From a virus (taxonomy: Duplodnaviria > Caudoviricetes), in IMG/VR virus record IMGVR_UViG_2811995254_000001, positions 11,803 to 75,802 of that record: a stretch of DNA of 64,000 nt. The stretch is one strand, 5' to 3'. Of this stretch, positions 62,705 to 64,000 are shown in pieces. The first letter of the stretch is position 1; each line of letters starts with the position of its first letter. The translations under genes were made by a program, and so were the position numbers. The notes under the pieces were generated by a model. The model was given only the letters and a program-made list of their open reading frames with translations, was not told the origin of the DNA and did no database searches.

Positions 62705-64000
62705 TTACAAGGCTTGTTGTTTCCAATAATCTGCTAACATTTTAGCTGATTCCAGATTTGTTTGTTTATTGTATTCTAGCATTTGTTTTTCACTTTTCCA
62801 CCCACAAACATCCATAATTACTTTGTTAGGTAATTTTCCTATGTGGTTTGTAGCAAAAGAACGTCGGCAAATGTGTGAAGATACTAATTTGTGTTTAGGA
62901 TATTCTCCTACTTCCTTTCTTACAGTATCTTCTCCTGTACTACCATCAACTTTAGTTTTTATTTTTCCGCCAATTATCATAGTGGAAATTTTAGCTAATT
63001 TACAAATTGCTTTTATTTCTCGGTTAAATTCTTGTTCAAACGTTTTAGGTGGCAGTCCTTTCCATTTTTTTAATATCTCCTTTACTTGAGGGTGTAATGG
63101 TATAGTTACGCTGTGATTTGTCTTAAAAGTTTTGATGCTAATAAAGTCTCCTTGGATATCTTCTGTTTTTAGTCTATTCAAAAAATCTGATACTCGCATG
63201 CCGGTCCATAATCCAATAATGAAATTATCGCGTATTGCATCTCTTTTCTTATCTGCAATCTTCAGTTTATATATTCTATTAATTTCTTCTACATTCAAAT
63301 ATGGGGCTTTATACTGAACTTCTGCTTTCTGTATGTAAACTATTTCACGATATCCTTTATTTACTTTTAGATTTAACTTTTCGGCACGTTCACAAAAGAA
63401 CTTTGCACGAGAAACATGTCTATGTACAGTTGTTTCAGAAAACCCGCGTTCATTTGATAAATAACTACTGAAGCTGTCTAGGAACTTATTATCAACATCA
63501 ATAAGCTTTATCGGGTCTTTACCTTCAAAGTCTATTAAAAGATCGCGTAATCTACTATTATGACTGATTGACTTTTCATTCATATACTTGTTAGCAGCTA
63601 CTTTATGTGTTTCTGCTTTATTTTCAAGCCACCAAGTCGCAAAAGAAGTTAGGTATATTTCCTCTTTCTTTATTTTAAAATTACTCTCTGAAGTTGGCCT
63701 ATTAAAAAATTCATTCACCTTATTGGAGATCCAAAACTTGTCAATTGTTTCACCTTGGATATAAGATGAATTGAATTCTGTTAGGATAAAAACTTTAAGC
63801 TCACCTAATTTTAGATTGATTTCATTTCTATTCTTTACAGCAAGAACGTTTTTGATTTGTTCTTTTTTTGAATCCCAGTGATCAGGATTAATCGAAATTT
63901 GTATTCGATGAAAAACATCAATTTGTTTTGTATGTAAGAATCTTAGATACAAAGTTGAGGGGTTAGAATTCCCTCTAAGAAGAAATTTAACTGTAGCCAT
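62705..64000 (-). CDS. int: Tyrosine integrase
   Basis: TGMRVSD (R), KT (K), HICRRSFAT (HxxR), GW, EYNK (Y); N-terminal arm-binding and SAM-like domains. Confidence 0.95.
   Translation of the reverse strand: MATVKFLLRGNSNPSTLYLRFLHTKQIDVFHRIQISINPDHWDSKKEQIKNVLAVKNRNEINLKLGELKVFILTEFNSSYIQGETIDKFWISNKVNEFFNRPTSESNFKIKKEEIYLTSFATWWLENKAETHKVAANKYMNEKSISHNSRLRDLLIDFEGKDPIKLIDVDNKFLDSFSSYLSNERGFSETTVHRHVSRAKFFCERAEKLNLKVNKGYREIVYIQKAEVQYKAPYLNVEEINRIYKLKIADKKRDAIRDNFIIGLWTGMRVSDFLNRLKTEDIQGDFISIKTFKTNHSVTIPLHPQVKEILKKWKGLPPKTFEQEFNREIKAICKLAKISTMIIGGKIKTKVDGSTGEDTVRKEVGEYPKHKLVSSHICRRSFATNHIGKLPNKVIMDVCGWKSEKQMLEYNKQTNLESAKMLADYWKQQAL

Larger units (their letters stand above)
1..64000. mobile_element. 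Temperate Bacteroidota podovirus-type phage/prophage (both ends lie outside the window)
   Basis: Continuous phage gene content (terminase, portal, capsid, lysis, tail, replication, CI, integrase); no host housekeeping operon; Bacteroidota -7 promoters throughout. Confidence 0.95.

Noticed and set aside
1129-63317. Many short opposite-strand or nested ORFs in the track (e.g. 5192, 7955, 10976, 13605, 22822, 33375, 37749, 47360, 57653, 62769)
   Set aside because: Shadow ORFs of well-supported genes, with Ser/Phe/Leu-rich antisense composition
1-64000. tRNA, tmRNA or rRNA genes, att sites and stop-codon recoding
   Set aside because: No cloverleaf or rRNA signature noticed by eye; att should lie beyond the integrase start; long intact ORFs under the standard code argue against recoding

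Overview
The whole window is an AT-rich temperate phage or prophage of a Bacteroidota host, most likely Flavobacteriales, judged from the many TTTG-N19-21-TAnnTTTG-type promoters and the gene families. It is truncated on the left and ends exactly at the integrase start codon on the right, so no att site is visible. Positions 1-40.7 kb hold a podovirus virion module in crAss-like order: terminase, portal, scaffold, capsid, ring proteins, holin/amidase/spanin, tail fibres, muzzle, GNAT, ejection proteins and a 2715-aa polyvalent protein. Positions 43-64 kb hold a lambdoid-style early module: initiator, exonuclease/recombinase, Rha-antirepressor, CI with two operators, morons and a tyrosine integrase. 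The most unusual signals are mostly non-coding. (1) A ~600-nt ornate, nested-stem RNA candidate lies at ~61.56-62.16 kb next to an attenuator-like switch. (2) Two homologous antisense-oriented loci (49.8-50.2 and 58.2-58.56 kb) are built from tandem multibranch domains closed by GAAAG...CTTTC, with a compensatory base change between the copies. (3) Five late promoters TATCTTTG are each bracketed by an ATAR-N7-YTAT palindrome. (4) A LRR gene has 16 exact 66-bp repeats that vary only at two binary dicodon switches. (5) A probable fused anti-defence sponge sits at the left end. All family names come from motif recognition and memory, and all folds were done by eye; no searches were run.
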